Assembly: GCA_013265495.1 (NCBI GenBank)
Contig: MU057576.1
Location: 220,982 to 284,981, forward strand
Reading direction: 5' to 3'
Length of the DNA: 64,000 nt
Source of the DNA: Vicugna vicugna
Taxonomy: Eukaryota
A program made the translations under genes and the position numbers. This document shows positions 25,431-40,361 of this stretch, piece after piece. The notes beneath the pieces are model-generated. The model saw only the letters and a program-made list of their open reading frames with translations, did no database searches and had not been told where the DNA came from. Numbering within the stretch: position 1 is the first letter of the stretch; every line of letters begins with the position of its first letter.

Positions 25431-26529
25431 GAGGCGAGGATGAGACGTGTGGTCCGTGGCAAGAGGCTGGGGCGGAAAGGCGCATGAGCCACCGCCGCGT
25501 CAGGCTCAGCTATGGGTGGGGGGCGCGTGATCACAGACCCGGAGTGTGAGGCTACTGGAAAGACGGGTCAGCGGACCAGCATACGCCCTGGGCCGGGAGA
25601 GAAACACCTTCTGGCACCTTGGGGTCATATGAGCGCCTCCCGCAACACCCCCCACCCACCCCCTGCGCACTCCTGGGTCACGTTTCTGAAGCATCTTAGT
25701 TCTCACCTATTGTGGCTCAACACGTCCGCGTCATACTGATGCAAACTGAGCCGCTGCAGCCACTTCTTACTTTATGCCGTACATCACAAAACTGAACGGT
25801 TGTGGGGTTTACTAACCTCGTTTTACAGATGAGGAAACTGAGGCACAGGGCCGTTAAGAGATTTGCCCAAAATGAGTGGCAGTAAGGGAAGGACCCCAAG
25901 TCCGACTAACTTCGAGGCCCTATCCGTTTTCCTATTGTCCTATCCTGTCTTAGATCTAAGAGATCTAAGAGCCAGGGAAGTCGAAAGCAGGAAAGAGCTT
26001 TGTCTGAAGCTGCGGGACTAATGCCGGGGTGACACTGGGTGGGTAATAAGTGTGTAACTGAATGATCCTTGACATGTGTGGGGTGGGATGGGGTGGGCTG
26101 GCTTACAGATGCTGAGAGGAGTGGGAGCTCAAGCCACAGCTAGTGCCTAGCACCAGACTTTTATACGTAGTGGAAGCCGGCAAGAGTGCAGCCTAGGGGA
26201 GATCGGTGCTTATGGAGAATAGCAAGCCTGGGGTTGGAAAGGTCGCAGGGGAGGGAAGGTGAGGGTTTACAGTGTTCTACTGAAGCATTTCTCCTCTCAT
26301 AAACAGTGAGGTGCTATCTGTAATGTGTAAATAGTAACAACAATAGTAGTAATAATAACACAAGTATTAAATGTTCATTGTTGGAAAATAAACAAACAGA
26401 AAAAAACAAAAACATTCATGATCTAGCCTCTGAGTAAAACTTCTTGAAAGCTAACCTACCCTTGCCAACTACACATTCTCATCCCTCTTTCCCTGTAACT
26501 CCAGTCAGGCTTGAGTCCCAAACTGCTTT

Positions 26530-27735
26530 TGTCATGGTCACCAAAATGATCTACATATTGCCAGAGCCTGTGTTCCCATCGCTTGTATGCCTTGGCTCAC
26601 TCCACCTCTCAGGGATGTTGGACACAATTCACCAAATCCACCATCTGGACACACCTTCCTCTGTTTGAGCCGGGGATGCTCCACCCTCCTGGTTTTCCTC
26701 TAACCTCACTCTGCAGTCTCTGCAGCCCCGGTTTTCTCTGCTGGTAAATGCTGGAGTCCGCCAGGGCTGTCCTTCACCTCTTTTCTGATCTAGTTACACT
26801 CTCTCCCCGGCGTTCACTGCCAGCCCCGTGACTGTTGTATCATTTACAATCTGATGATGAACAAATCTATAGCGAGTACCTCTCCTGGAGCTCTGGACTT
26901 ACTCCTCCAACTACCACTTGTCATCTCATCTCCCACTGAAGCAACTGGCATCTCACACAATGTCCGAAGCTGAACTCAAGTTTTCTTCCCAAATGTATTC
27001 CTTTCACGGTTCTCAGCAAATTGCATCACCGTCCACCCTAAATCATCCTTGATTCCTTCCTACCACTCACCTTTATATCCAACCCATCAGCAATCAGTCA
27101 ATTTGACCCAGAGAATAGACCTTATGATTGGCTTCTCTCCATGTCCTTGGACACCTCCTAGCCAAGCCGCCAACAGCTCAGCCAGAACCAATACTATATT
27201 GTCACACCTTGCACCCTGCTTCCATTCATGCCTGACTCCTATAGTCAGTCACTTGTTCATTCAGGAGCCAAAGTGACCATTTAAAATATGAACCACTCTA
27301 TGTCTCTCCCTGGCTCGAAGCCATTTAATGTCTTCCAATCTTAGAATAAATTTCAAATTCCTGACAAAGACCACTAAGTCTTTTACTAAGTCAAACTCTT
27401 TCTTACGCAAGGGCCTTCACTCGCCCTTCTTCTTCCGCCTGGGATGTTCTTCATCAGGTCTGTGTCCAGCTGCCTCTTCCTCCATATTTCACCCAAAATA
27501 TCACCTCCTCAGAGGACTTTTCCTGACCGGTTTATCTCAAGTAGTTCCCCAAGTCACTATCACATGACTCTGATTTCCTCTGGATTTTCTGTGTATTCAC
27601 TCTCTCCTCACTAGCCCGTGAGCTACGTTAAGAGGGCGGGATCTGCACCTATGTTGCTTCCTCATCTCCGCAGCACCTGGGATGGTACCTGTCTCATTGT
27701 AGTCACGTACTGAATATTGGTTGGTTATATGAATA
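26530..27735 (+). mobile_element. Ancient L2 LINE fragment(s)
   Basis: Pyrimidine-rich L2-like sequence ending in a degraded TGAAT-type tail. Confidence 0.55.
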
Positions 27736-28103
27736 GAAAAAAAAATCTTAGAGATAACCATTGTTCACATTTTGTATAACGATTTATGCACCCAGCATCT
27801 CTCACTGGATTGCAACAGTCTTATAACTGGGCTTCCCTCTTTAGATATAGGAACATTATAGATATGTAGGTTTAGCTCTCCAAAAGAGATTCTTACAGAA
27901 GTGATAAGATCTAACTTTTTGGGGGGGGGGCAATAATTGCCTTCCAAGTGGAGAGAAGGAGAGGAGGTCTGAGACCAGAGGCAGAAAGAGACTGAAGCCA
28001 GAAGATAGGATCAGGGCCTGAGCCAAGGTGAGGGTGGGGCAGAGAGTCAGGCTATACGTTTAGATGGTTTAAGGTCTGGGGTGGAATTGATGGCTTTGGC
28101 TAG

Positions 28104-28248
28104 AATGGATTTTATTTATTTACTTTTTGGTTAGGGGGGTGATTAGATTTATTTACTTATTTTATTTTTAGAGGAGGTACTGGGGATTGAACCCAGGACC
28201 TTGTGCATGCTAAGTATGCACTCTCCCACCTGAGCTATCCCTTCCCCC
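28104..28248 (-). mobile_element. tRNA-derived SINE (Vic-1-like)
   Basis: B box; 17-nt TSD TTGATGGCTTTGGCTAG (28087-28103 / 28249-28265). Confidence 0.92.
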
Positions 28249-28675
28249 TTGATGGCTTTGGCTAGGAGTGGTGGATCAAGAGAAGGATGCCCGCTGCCTA
28301 GAAATACTTGGAAACCCAATAGCCCAGTGCTGCAAAACCCACTGGCCCCAGGCAGATGGGACCAAGTGCAGTGGGTCATGTCAGCTATGACCCTTTCCAC
28401 ATACTGATTTTACAGCCTCTTCTCCACTCCCTTCTCTAGTCCCATTTCCTGTGGACCAGTTAATAATCACAAGATACCTGAAGTGCACGTTATCTCTTAA
28501 GAAGCTCCCAATCCCAGGAAGTGGTTGGAGTAGTTATTGTTATAAGCCCCAAAGTATACATGACAAACTAAAGGAGATTACTCACTCAAGGCAAGACTTG
28601 AATCTTTGACTTTTGGGACTCCAAACTCCATTTATTATTTATTGATTCTCAGATCTCTCTCTGTCTCTCTGTCTC

Positions 28676-28706
<31 letters not shown>

Positions 28707-29896
28707 ATTGTTGAAGAGTAATGAGACACCTGTGTAATTTACATCCCAGAACCCCCAAAAGGGAAATCAACCAGCTAATATGTATTAAACCCTTGCTGTG
28801 TTCAGGACTGTCTGCTCAGTACGGTGAAGAAATACAAAAGAAACACAAGATGTGGTCCTTGCCTCTGAGGGATTAGCTGTTTAATCAGAGGTATAAAACA
28901 ATTATTACAGAATGGAAAAGTCTATCACGGAGAGCCAAACATGTGTATATCTTTCTATGTGGTGGAATTTTGGAGGAGGAAGAGGCAGAGCCGCGGGCCA
29001 AAGTCAGCCAAGACAGCTCTGATGTATACAATCCCAGCTTTTACAAAAGGCTGGCTCTTGCCTCACACAGAACTGACCTGAGCCTGACCATTAGGCTTCA
29101 GGGAGCTGTCCTGGGAAGAGGCCACTTTGCCAAAAGACCTTTACTTGCCAAGTATTTCTTTTTCTAATTAGGATTTATCAAGTTTGTAGCATGTTATTAG
29201 CGATGGGATTATGTACAGAATGCAAAGACTGAGAATGGGCCTGCCCTGAATATAAATACTTAGGACTCCTTGCATCCTGTTGTTTTTAACATTGGGCCCT
29301 AATGGTCTGCGCAATCTCTTGTGTTTCATAGTTCAGTTATAATGTGTCAATTTGGGGGATTGGGTAAAAGAGGTGTTGAAAGCAGTTAACACTGAAAAAT
29401 GGGAGCCTCTGGGTACACCACAACCTCGCTTTATCCATCAGATTTGGAAGCTGAACCCATTCAAGCTAGTTTAAGCAGAAAAGGAATTTACTGAAGAGTA
29501 TTTAGTTCCTCTCAAGATCTTCAGGAAGGTCAGAGAATCAAGCTCAGAGGAGCTTAGATCAAGCATCATACCCAAGTTTTACCATCAAACTCCACTGATG
29601 GAGATGCTATTGCTATGGCCACTGGGCACAGGCGTCTCTGCCCAAATCCTGGTCCTGGGCACAGGATTTTATAGCCAGAACATGCCACAGCCACCTTTGA
29701 CTGTTGGATATCTGTCTTTCAGCATCCTTGCTGGGAGGAATTCTGCGATGCACCTCCTTCTTTATCTTATTTGCTTCCAAACTGACATCTTACAGCTGGT
29801 TGCCAGAGTCTGGGCCACATGCTTATGCCCTAGTTGCAAGGGAAGTTGAGGGAAACAGGCCCACTGAGTCAGGAGTCCTAGCTTAGTGAAGTCCCT

Positions 29897-31650
29897 TGTC
29901 TCCTCAGGCAAGAGAAACAAAAACAGAAATAAACAAATGGGACTACATCAAACTAAAAAGCTTTTGTGCAGTGAAGGAAACTATCAACAAAACAAAAAGG
30001 CCACCTACTGAATGGGAAGAGATATTGGCAAATGATGTATCTGATAAGGGGTTAATGTACAAAAGATACATGAAACTCATACAACTCAACACCAGAAAAG
30101 AAAAAAAAATCCCACTGTCTTCTTTTTTTTTTTTTACATTTTTTATTGATTCATAATCATTTTACAGTGTTGTGTCAAATTCCAGTGTTCAGCAAAATTT
30201 TTCAGTCATTCATGGACATATACACATACACTGTCACATTTTTTTCTCTGTGATTTATCATAACATTTTGTGTATATTTCCCTGTGCTATACAGTGTAAT
30301 CTTGTTTATCTATTCTACAATTTTGAAATCCCAGTCTATCCCTTCCCACCCTCTACCCCCCTGGTAACCACAAGTCTGTATTCTCTGTCCATGAGTCTAT
30401 TTCTGTCCTGTATTTATGCTTTGTTTTTGTTTGTTTGTTTTTGTTTTTTAGATTCCACATACGAGCGATCTCATATGGTATTTTTCTTTCTCTTTCTGGC
30501 TTACTTCACTTAGAATGACACTCTCTAGGAGCATCCATGTTGCTGCAAATGGCATTATGTTGTCGGTTTTTATGGCTGAGTAGTATTCCATTGTATAAAT
30601 ATACCACATCTTCTTTATCCAGTCACCTGTTGATGGACATTTAGGCTGTTTCCATGTTTTGGCTATTGTAAATAGTGCTGCTATGAACATTGGGGTGCAG
30701 GTGTCATCCTGAAGTAGATTTCCTTCTGGGTACAAGCCCAGGAGTGGGATTCCTGGGTCATATGGTAAGTCTATTCCTAGTCTTTTGAGGAATCTCCACA
30801 CTGTTTTCCATAGTGGCTGCACCAAACTGCATTCCCACCAGCAGTGTAGGAGGGTTCCCCTTTCTCCACAGCCTCTCCAGCATTTGTCATTTTTGGATTT
30901 TTGAATGACGGCCATTCTGACTGGTGTGAGGTGATAACCTCATTGTAGTTTTGACCCACTGTCTTCTTGATGATGGGCTATTTTAAGTGTGAAGTGATAT
31001 CTCACTGTGGTTTTGATTTGCATCTCCTTTATGATTAGTGATATTAAGCATCTTTTCATGTGCCTGTTGGCCATCTGTATGTCTTCTTTGGAAAAATATC
31101 TATTCAGGTCCTCTGCCCAGAATGGCTATCATCAAAATGACAACAAATAAGTATTGGTGAAGATGTGAGAAAAGGGAACCCCCCCCCTTCCCGTGCACTG
31201 TTGGTGGGAGTGTTAACTGACGCAGCCACTATGAGAAACAGTATGGAGGTTCCCCCCCAAACTTAAAAATAGAACTATTATATGGTCCACCAATTCCATT
31301 TCTGGATATTTTCCCAAAGAGAACAAAAGCATTAATTCAGAAAGATGTAGGCATCCCTATGTTCTTTGCAGCATTATTTACAATAGCCAAGTTATGGAAG
31401 CAACCTAAATGCCCATCCATAGATGAATGGATAAATAAGACATACATATATATATACATACATACAATGAAATATTTGTTACTCAGCTATTGGACAGAAA
31501 AATCTTGCCATTTGCAACAACATGGATGGCCCTAGAGGGTATTATGCTAAGTGAAATAAGTCAGACAGAGAAAGACAAATACCTTATGATTTCACTTATA
31601 CGTGGAATCTAGGAAACAAACAAACAAAAATGAACATTAAAAATAAGACA
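29897..31650 (+). mobile_element. Older L1 3' fragment with an internal inverted segment, interrupted by a young L1
   Basis: INKWDYIKLKSFC on plus (29897-30110); minus-strand L1 segment 30969-31120; plus strand resumes ~31121-31650. Confidence 0.8.
30125..30954 (-). mobile_element. Young 5'-truncated L1 (open ORF2 C-terminus plus 3'UTR)
   Basis: Uninterrupted ORF2 end ([18 protein letters not shown]); poly(A); 14-nt TSD CCCACTGTCTTCTT (30111-30124 / 30955-30968). Confidence 0.93.
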
Positions 31651-34600
31651 TCTGTACTCTTTGGGAAGGAGAAAGTAGTCAGTGAGCCAAATGACACCAA
31701 GAAAACTAACTATGAATGAACTGCCCTGGCTGGATGATTCACTCTCTCCGCACACATTCTGTAACCCCGTGCCTGTTTACAGATGTATTCAGTGTCACGG
31801 TCAGGGAGGAAAAGGCCACTATGAAATACTGCCAGGAGGCGTCCCTCCAGTGCCAACCTAAATGTAAGGGCTATAATGTGTGGTCCCCTCATCCTGATGG
31901 CCATAGGGCTAAATATCCCCCAGACAGCTTGCCTGAGAAGAGCATGGGTGCCGTGCTAAGGCTGGCATGGGAACACTGTGTGATCTTGGGCCTTTCTGAG
32001 CCCCAGTTTCCTCATCTGCAAAGTGGAGCTCATGAGGTGGAATATGCAAAGACTTCAGTTCATGGTGGATCCTCAATACCAGTGTCCTAATCACATCACT
32101 CATAGTATCAAGTTTTCTATATAATAAGAATTCAGTGATTAAAGAAAATTCCAAGTGTCAGGAACAGCAAATGCACAATCTTTGGGACATGGGAAAGATG
32201 GGTTTGTTTCAAATGGGATGCAGTCTTCTGGTCTAGAGGGCAGATTTCAGTGGAGAATGGCAGGAGGGAAGCTGGGCCAGTGGGCAGGGAGGGCTCAGCT
32301 AAAAGGGAAGTCATCGAATCCCATCAGCACTCAAAAGCACAGCGCCTGGGCTGGAAGCTACACAGAGGACAGATTGGTGGGAAGTGAGGCCAGGGTCCTG
32401 GGAAAGACGCTGAGGGCCACTACTGGGCTTATGGCAGATGGACAGAGAAATAAAAATTAGTGAGAAAAGTATGAGATAACCCAAGCAGGACGTGATAAAC
32501 GACTGACTGTAAGGGGTAGGGACAGGGAAGTCTCCGTGACAGTGGTGCTCACCCTTGGCTTCTCTTTGAAAGAGTGGTTTTACTGTAGAAAGAGCTTCTT
32601 CAAATTAATAAGAAAAAGAAATCAAAAACCCTTGGGTAAAGGATACAAACAGAGAGTTCACAGGAAAGGAACAAATGACTCTTTGATATATGAAAAGACG
32701 ATTGTCATCACTCAGAATAGTGAAAATGCAAATTTAAAATATATTGACCTACAATTTTTCACCCATCAGTTTGGCAGAAATTAAATCATGATAACATACC
32801 TTGCCACAGGGAAAGAGGTACCCTTTCTTCCAGCACACTGTTGATGGGAGAACAGAGCCTTCTTCAGGTCAATTTGACCCTCTCCCTCACTTAAAAGTAC
32901 ACCTGCTCATTGACCCTGATACCCCATTCTTCTTACAGATAAACCTGCACATGCCATGTAAGTTTATTCACTGGGGCGTAATTTGTCATTGTAAGGGTGA
33001 GACCAACCTAAATCGTATCATTTGTGGACTGGTTAGGTAAATTAAAGCACATTCATACAGTGGGATTACTTAGTCATCATATATTAAAAAAAAACAGACT
33101 ATTAATAAGGAATGATCTGTAAGATACAGTTAAGTCAAAAACGTAAGATCTAGAGCAGTGTGCATACAAAGTTATCATCAGCGTATAAAAAGGAACCGAA
33201 AATAAGCTTAACCTGGGTAGTATAATCATAAACTTTCTTCTAAGTGGAGGACCTAGGTGACTGGGAGACAGGAGTAGGAGAGAGACTTTATTAGGTAGTC
33301 TTTTGTACCAAGTACAAATATTACCTATTTACCAAAAAATGGAATTAAATTAAGAAAAGAACCTACTAATTTAAAGGCAACACAATAGAGTGGAAAGAAC
33401 TTAGGGTTAGACACCTGAAGCCACCAAAAATGAAGTTTTAAGTTAAAAAAAATGATGCCCAGGCCACACACCAGTCCAGTTACATCAGAATCTTAGGTGA
33501 GAGGGAAGCGGGGAGCAGAGAACTCAAACTATTTTTTGAAGCTTCCCAGTGGTTCCCGTGTGCAGTCAATGGTAAAAACCACAGTGGTAGCTACTCTCAG
33601 TGTTTTGGCCTTAGTGCTTGGAGGATCAGCTGAGCCCCTGTCAGTCTCAGCATCTAAATCTGACTTTTCCACCCACTAAGCACCAGCTTGATCCCTATGT
33701 ACTTCTCTGATCTGTTCCTGGCACAGAAGCATTTGGTCCTTATCTTTGTAAGCTGCTCATCCCTGCCCTCTAGGCAGCAGGAACTCATTGATCTTCTTAT
33801 GAACTTGACAAAAACCCAAGTAAAGTTCCTAACCTCTTGTCACTTCTATGACAGGCAATGTATTATTTTTAATTAAGAAGGCAATTGTCCCAGCAGGAGT
33901 GAGTAAGGACCATACCTCTTTCTGTGCCACTCTCTCCCAGTGACTTCGGATGATTACAAGTGCAAGAAACAGAACACTCTGGCTCCGGCAATAAAGATAC
34001 TTGTTGTTTTCAAATAAAAAGCTGCCTGGTGGTGGGCTGGGCTCCAGGCTGGGTAACTCAGGACTCTGCACCCACTTCTCTGAGAATTTCTTCACCCTGA
34101 CTCACTCCCTGAATGGGTTTCCTCTTCATGCTGGTAGCAAGGTAGCAGCAACGTGTCCAGATTTCATCCACAAACTGCAAGATACAGAGAAAGATGAAGG
34201 AATGGTCTCCTCCTGAGTCTCTTTCTTCTCAGGAAAAAAAAAAATATCCTGAAACTCCTAGCTCCCTTAATCTCATTAGTCAAATTGCCACATACCCATT
34301 CTAAACCCAGCTATCTTGAAAAAAGAATAAGATTATCACTGGTGGGTTACACCAGTGGTTCTCAGCGGGGAGTGATTTCTTTTCAGGAAAAGAAGGGATG
34401 TGGTAGTCAACCAACAGTATCGCCTACATTACTGCTTCAAAGATCCTGGGGTCCAGCATCTGCCTCCAGCAGAGGAATCCTGACAGGGAATTTATAGATC
34501 GATGGCCTAATCACAACAGATGACATGGATCTACATTCCCAGAACCCAGTGAGGCTAACATTCATGAGGTCAACATCTGTGAATTAATACTTAACGTTTC

Positions 34601-37600
34601 TGCAGAACTAGAAGGCTGGCACTCCAAATGGCCACAGAACACTTGCTCATTGGTCAATCCAAGAACATTAAAACTTTGTTTCAGTCTTATCAGAGAGGAC
34701 AGTGTGATGTCACTCTTGGTAGGATTTTTAACCACCAGGGAAAATGTGGGGTTGGCTGCTCCCACTTGCAACACGGGTTGGTGTCTCAAGGAGACATGGG
34801 AGTTCAGTGAGTCAAGATTAAAGTATCAGCTAAAACATCCAGAACAATACATCCCCGTTCTTTGGTTTTTAGCTGAGACAGTTATTTATCCAATATCTCT
34901 TTGGCCTGAAAACATTAATTACAAAGACCGACATTTTAGGACAAAGAGCAGGGTTGACATGTCATCCTAGGAACTGTGTATGTCTGTGTAGATTTCTGAT
35001 TACAAAGTCTCTGGAAATATCTTGAGAACTAACTCATGTCCACAGAGCAGGCCCAAACTTCCGGCGTCATCAGGTCTCAGCCACCCCCAGTGAAAGGCAG
35101 CTGGTTTCCATGCCAACATGGCTTTGTCCCTGAGTTCTGTTCTAAAACAAAGTTTTGTTAAACTTAAAACTTAATTCACCCCGTGTCTCACATCCCTATA
35201 AGTTATAGTTACTATCTGTTGTAATCATTAGTTCTAGCCACCAAATATTCCTAGTTCTCCAAGTTCATGGTAGGATTTTATAACCTGGTTCCTTTGAATT
35301 TAGATGTGGTCACGTGACTTGCTTTGGTCAATGAAAATGCCAGCAAGGAGACACAAAAAATTGAGCATTGGCTATCGTGGAAAGACAGAGACAGCCTCTG
35401 TCAACCTGGATCGCTAAGTGAAGATGACATGGAGCAGAGTCCCCATCAACCTATAATGTTGGGGCTGTTTGTTACAGCAGTATAACCTACTTTATCCTAA
35501 CTGATACAGTTCCCAAAATCTTGGCTCCCCTTCAGTCATTCATTTCCTCCTACATCTTCTCCCTGTATTGCCTCAAGCTTGCTCTCCTCTGTCTGATTTC
35601 CTACCTCACTTTTCTTCTCCCCAAATCTACAGCATGCCTTCTGGAGCCCCAGTTTTGTGCCAGAGAAATTCTCCTAGATCCTTAGCTTCTCCACAAAATG
35701 TGTCCTTTACCTCTGGGCCTTACCTGCACCCTGGCTCTCCTCTAAAGTCTTCTCATCTCACACACCTCAGAACTGAGGGTCGGGAGGTGAGATTGGTACT
35801 CCCAATGCCAGTGCTGGTTCTGTCCTTGAGCACAAGTTCCACTCCTTTAAGATTCATGGCCTCCAACTGATCACCCCAGGGCTTTCCTCATTTTACTGAC
35901 ATCCTGCTCAGATGTCTTGGGCACCTGGATCATAGTCTCCCTGTCTTCTCCAAGTCTTGCAGAATCCTGGGAGACTGCAGTGGTCCTGTGGACAACTACC
36001 TAACACCCTGGTCTCATAGCTTCTGCACCTGTCCAAATCCATCCACCTCCACCCTCTTTGTATTCTGGCCACTCTGTCTGAGGCTACATCCTAAACCTTG
36101 TCACCACTCAGAACTGTTTCCCTCATGCAGTCAAAGCTGTGTGTGACCACCATGGAGGAACAATGAAATGCCTCAGGAGACAGAGCTGCACTGGATCCTA
36201 GACAATCTTCCTCTTCCCAAACTATGTCCTAGAGCAGAGGCTGTCAAATTTTAATGATTCTTTCTAATCACCTGGGAATCTTGTTAAAAGGCAGACTCTG
36301 ATTAAGCAGATTTGGATTGAGACCTGAGATTCTGTACATCTAACAGTCTCCCAGGTGACAGCCGTGCTGCCGGACCATGGACTTTCCTTTAAGTCACGAG
36401 GAACAAAGTGACCATGGGACCTGGCTGCCCTGTGCTTTCTAGTCTTCCTATGAGAAGAGCTCACCACTGCCTCTTGGACTTCTAATCAATCCCTGTGTAA
36501 CCTACCCAACAAGTGGAGACCTGTCTCAAGAAATCCAGTAAACTGTGGGTTCTGCCTGGAGTTTGGGATTTTGACTTTTAAGTTTTTAAAGAATCTCAGA
36601 CGTAAATGATTCACTCTTCTTCAATGCATAACACACTCTCATCAGCCTATGAAAGGTCCTTCCTCTTGTAGTTTATTTCTTTTCATTTTCATTTTTTAAA
36701 AACTCTTCCACCCTGATACCTGTTGCTTTTCCCTCCCCGGCCCTTGTCATAGGCCAGCATGCTACAGTCTGTTCAATATAGGTCCTTAAATATGCACTCA
36801 TTCAACCTTGTAAAATTAACTGTGTATACTTATGTTTTTAAATTATGAAAATGATGTGCAATTTACAAGGAAAAAAACAGAAGACATTCATATGAGGTCT
36901 TGAGGGCTTCATGTCCCCCTTATTTATATGGAAAAGAATGCACCCCTCATTATTTGAAACAGCCCCCGGAGAGTCTCTATTTCTTGCCACTAAAATTATG
37001 TAAGGAACACATTACCTCATGTGATCATTGTGAGCTTAACTGAGAGAGGGATGTGGTGTCTAGATGTCCTCAGTCCATTGCTCCATAAGTGTCAGAAGCT
37101 CTTCTATTGTAGTTGGCAAAGTGCAGGATGGTGAGTGACTTAGGTCAGGATTGAGAATTCAGTCTCCATGTGGCCCAGGTAGCTATGCTAGATACCAACA
37201 GCATCCCTAACACTAACCTAAAGTAGTGCTGTAACCTCTTTGACATAATGATAGAAGTTTAAATCAGGACAAGATAGAGCAAAGAGCCCAGAAACAGAAC
37301 CAGAGACACACAGGGGTTTAGTATATGCTAAAGGGTGGTTTTCCAAGCCAGTGAGGAAAAGATGGATTAACTAATAAAAAGTGTTGAAATATTAGGGTGA
37401 CCATCAGTAAAGAAAAATTAATTTGGATTCTTATCTTATTGCTTACAGCAAAATAAATTCAAGACAAAGCAAATATTTATATGTTAAAAAATTAATTATT
37501 AGAAAAAGTCATGGGAAAAGTTTTGCAATAACCTCCAATTAAAGTTTGTCTAAGCACTATACAAAAACCCAGATGCCTTAAAAGAAAGATGAATTTAGCT

Positions 37601-39209
37601 ACATTAAATTTTTTTAATTCCTGAAGACAAACCTATCATAAATACACTTCCTTAAAATATAAATAACTTATACAAATCAATAAGAAAAAAACACTGTCTC
37701 ATTTGAAAAAGTGGACAATATGGAGAGTTCACAGAAAAGAAAGTATAAATGCTCTAAACATACAAGAATATGCTTGAAATCACTTGTGATTTAAAAATGC
37801 AAATTAGAATAATAATGACAATGCATTTTTCAGCTTATAGATTGACAATTTTGAACGATTTTAGAAACTACTAACAAAGGTTTATGGAAACAGGCAGTCT
37901 TGTAAATGACTCAAGGGGGCAATTTAACAACCTGTCAAATTTAAAATGGACGTATCTTTTGACTTTCAGAATGTATTCACAAATATACTTGAATATGTGT
38001 GAAATTACATGTCATTTTATTAATGCCAGTTATGGTTTGTCTAAATAATGGATTACTATATGCAGCTATAAAGAGTTGTAAATCTTTTGGACTATTGATG
38101 CAGAACATACTGTTTAGAGGACAGAGAAAGTTGGACAACAACGTAGAAGTTGGGAGGAGGGGAAAGCAAGTGCAAATATATGCATATTTGTAAGCACGGA
38201 GATCTCCAGCAGGTTATGCAAGAAGCTTACAAAGAGGATGTGGGGACAGTGTGGGCAGAGGAGGGAGGCAACATTTTGTGTTATCCTTTTCCAGCCCGAT
38301 GAATTTTACAGTATGTGCAATCATCACAAAATGTAATAAAAATGTAATAATAAATACATATAGCAAATGCTACCAGTTTATCCAGCAGAAACTTTTGACA
38401 CCTATTGAGTTATGGTTCTAATTGCTATTGACAAACCAAAAAGGAAGTTTAGAAAGGAAGTAGAAAGAGACTCTAGGGAGGACCTGTTTTTATTCTGGGG
38501 TTGGTTTTTCTAGGCATCTGGTGATGAAGTAATGCCTGTTTTCTCAAACCACAAGATTATGAGGAATGGCTATAGTGTAGTCTCAAAGAGTGGGTGGCGG
38601 GTGGCAAAGATCCATCACTCACTGATCCATGAGAGCCAGTGCTGGTCGGTGGGGCTGGCAGGCAGTAGGGGCTCACTAGGGGCAAACCGAGAGAGAAAGA
38701 CCGAAGCACTGGGGCTGTTGATTCAACAGTCAGGGCCCAAGGCCAGGGCCAGAATGCCTGAAACCCCTCTGGAACACAGGGATATGCAAAGAGCTCAGCC
38801 TCTGGGCATGAAGAAAAATAAACAAGCAGCCGAGGCAGAAGTAGCAGCTTGAAAGAACAAAGAATATCAGGGTAGGGAATGAGGTGTGAGAGGCGGGAGG
38901 AAGGCAGAGGTTCACTATGGGTGAGGCAGAGAATACTCATCTCTCTTCATTTTGTGTCGGAGGCATCATCTCAAGAGATAAGGTCGAGCACTGTGCAGCC
39001 TGAGTTCACATTCAGGGTAATAATGGTGCGTTAATGTTTAACCCCACTTAGAGGATAATCAGCACACAGTTCTGAGAGCTTTGACAGATGGGACTCTCAG
39101 GGAAGCGCCCAGCGTGATGCTCCCCGGGGCTTCAAGTTTTCTCTGTATTGGTACCATCCATCCATCATTACTCAGCCTGTCAGACTCGGTTCCCTTTGCC
39201 CTGAAGGCT

Positions 39210-40250
39210 TTCATTCATTCATTCCTTTCTTCATTCATTGATTTAACAGGAATTTACTGAGTAGCTATTATACCAAGCACTGTGTTAAGCCCGGAGACAA
39301 AGCAGTTAACATGACAAATACGATTTCTACCTTCAGGGAGCTTACAATCTAGAGAAAATACAGACAGTTAAAAACTAAAAACACAAATAAATATATAATC
39401 CAAATTATGCCACATGCTATGAGGGAAGAATGTGATGCCCTGAGAGCCAGAAGCTGTAGCCTATTTGGGATTGTGTGGTCAGGAAAGAGGGCAGCCAGGA
39501 TGCTCAAGTGGACACTGCACAATGCGCACGGCATCCCCAGATGCCAGCCAGACAGAGCGGGCCCAAAAAGCCTCCCAGGAGAGGGACCAGCATGCTCAAA
39601 GCCCCCAGAGTGAGAAACATTTGGGCAAGGACAAGTCACTAGGGGCAGCATGGAGGAAGGGGTGTGAGATGAGGCAGATTCATGGAGCATTTAGAGGGCT
39701 ATGACGGGATGGTGGGATTTTTATTCTAAGTTCTAAATAGTACTAAGTAGGGGAGTGACCCGGTTCAATGTATAAATATTTTTATAAGCCCCTCTGGCTA
39801 CTGTTTGGAGCATGAATTGGAAGAGAGCGGAAGAAGGAGTTGGTAACCAGTTAGGAGGCCACTGCGTCAATCAGACAAAAGACAGAGGATGCAGCAAAGA
39901 ATGATGGTAGCAGAGAGAAAGGAACGTGCAGAGTCAAGACACATTTGGAGATAGAATTCACAGCACTTTCTGGTAGATTGGATGTAAAAGGTGAAGAATG
40001 ACTCCAAGTTTCTGGCTTAAGCAAACAGGTAGTACCTTTTATTGAGGAGAATATGGGGAAGAATGGCTTTAAGTAGGTAGATCCAGAGAGCCCTGCTGGA
40101 CAAGCTAACCTGAAACATTTGCAATAATCTAAGTGGCGATGACAAGTAGACAGCTGGTTCTAAGAGCTGGTTTTTTTTTTTCATATCAGAGATCTGACTG
40201 GAGATAAAACATGGGAATTGTCAGCATAACGTTGTATTTCAAGTCATGGG
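39210..40250 (-). mobile_element. Ancient L2 LINE fragment
   Basis: (TTCA)n L2 terminus followed by L2-like body. Confidence 0.6.
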
Positions 40251-40299
40251 ATACCAGTCAAACAGGATCCACTCAGTTTACTAATCCAGTAATAGAACA

Positions 40300-40361
40300 C
40301 CGTGTCAAGAGACCTTTTAATGGGAAATTTCCGTGTCAAGAGACCTTTTAATGGGAAATTT
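40300..40361. repeat. Perfect 2 x 31-nt tandem duplication CCGTGTCAAGAGACCTTTTAATGGGAAATTT
   Basis: Seen directly. Confidence 0.95.

Larger units (their letters stand above)
23700..25560. promoter_or_regulatory. CpG island spanning HK2 promoter, exon 1 and proximal intron 1
   Basis: Very high GC and CpG density by inspection. Confidence 0.9.

Noticed and set aside
25948..25970. 14-nt palindrome TCTTAGATCTAAGA with partial repeat
   Set aside because: Short; explainable by chance or a local slippage event
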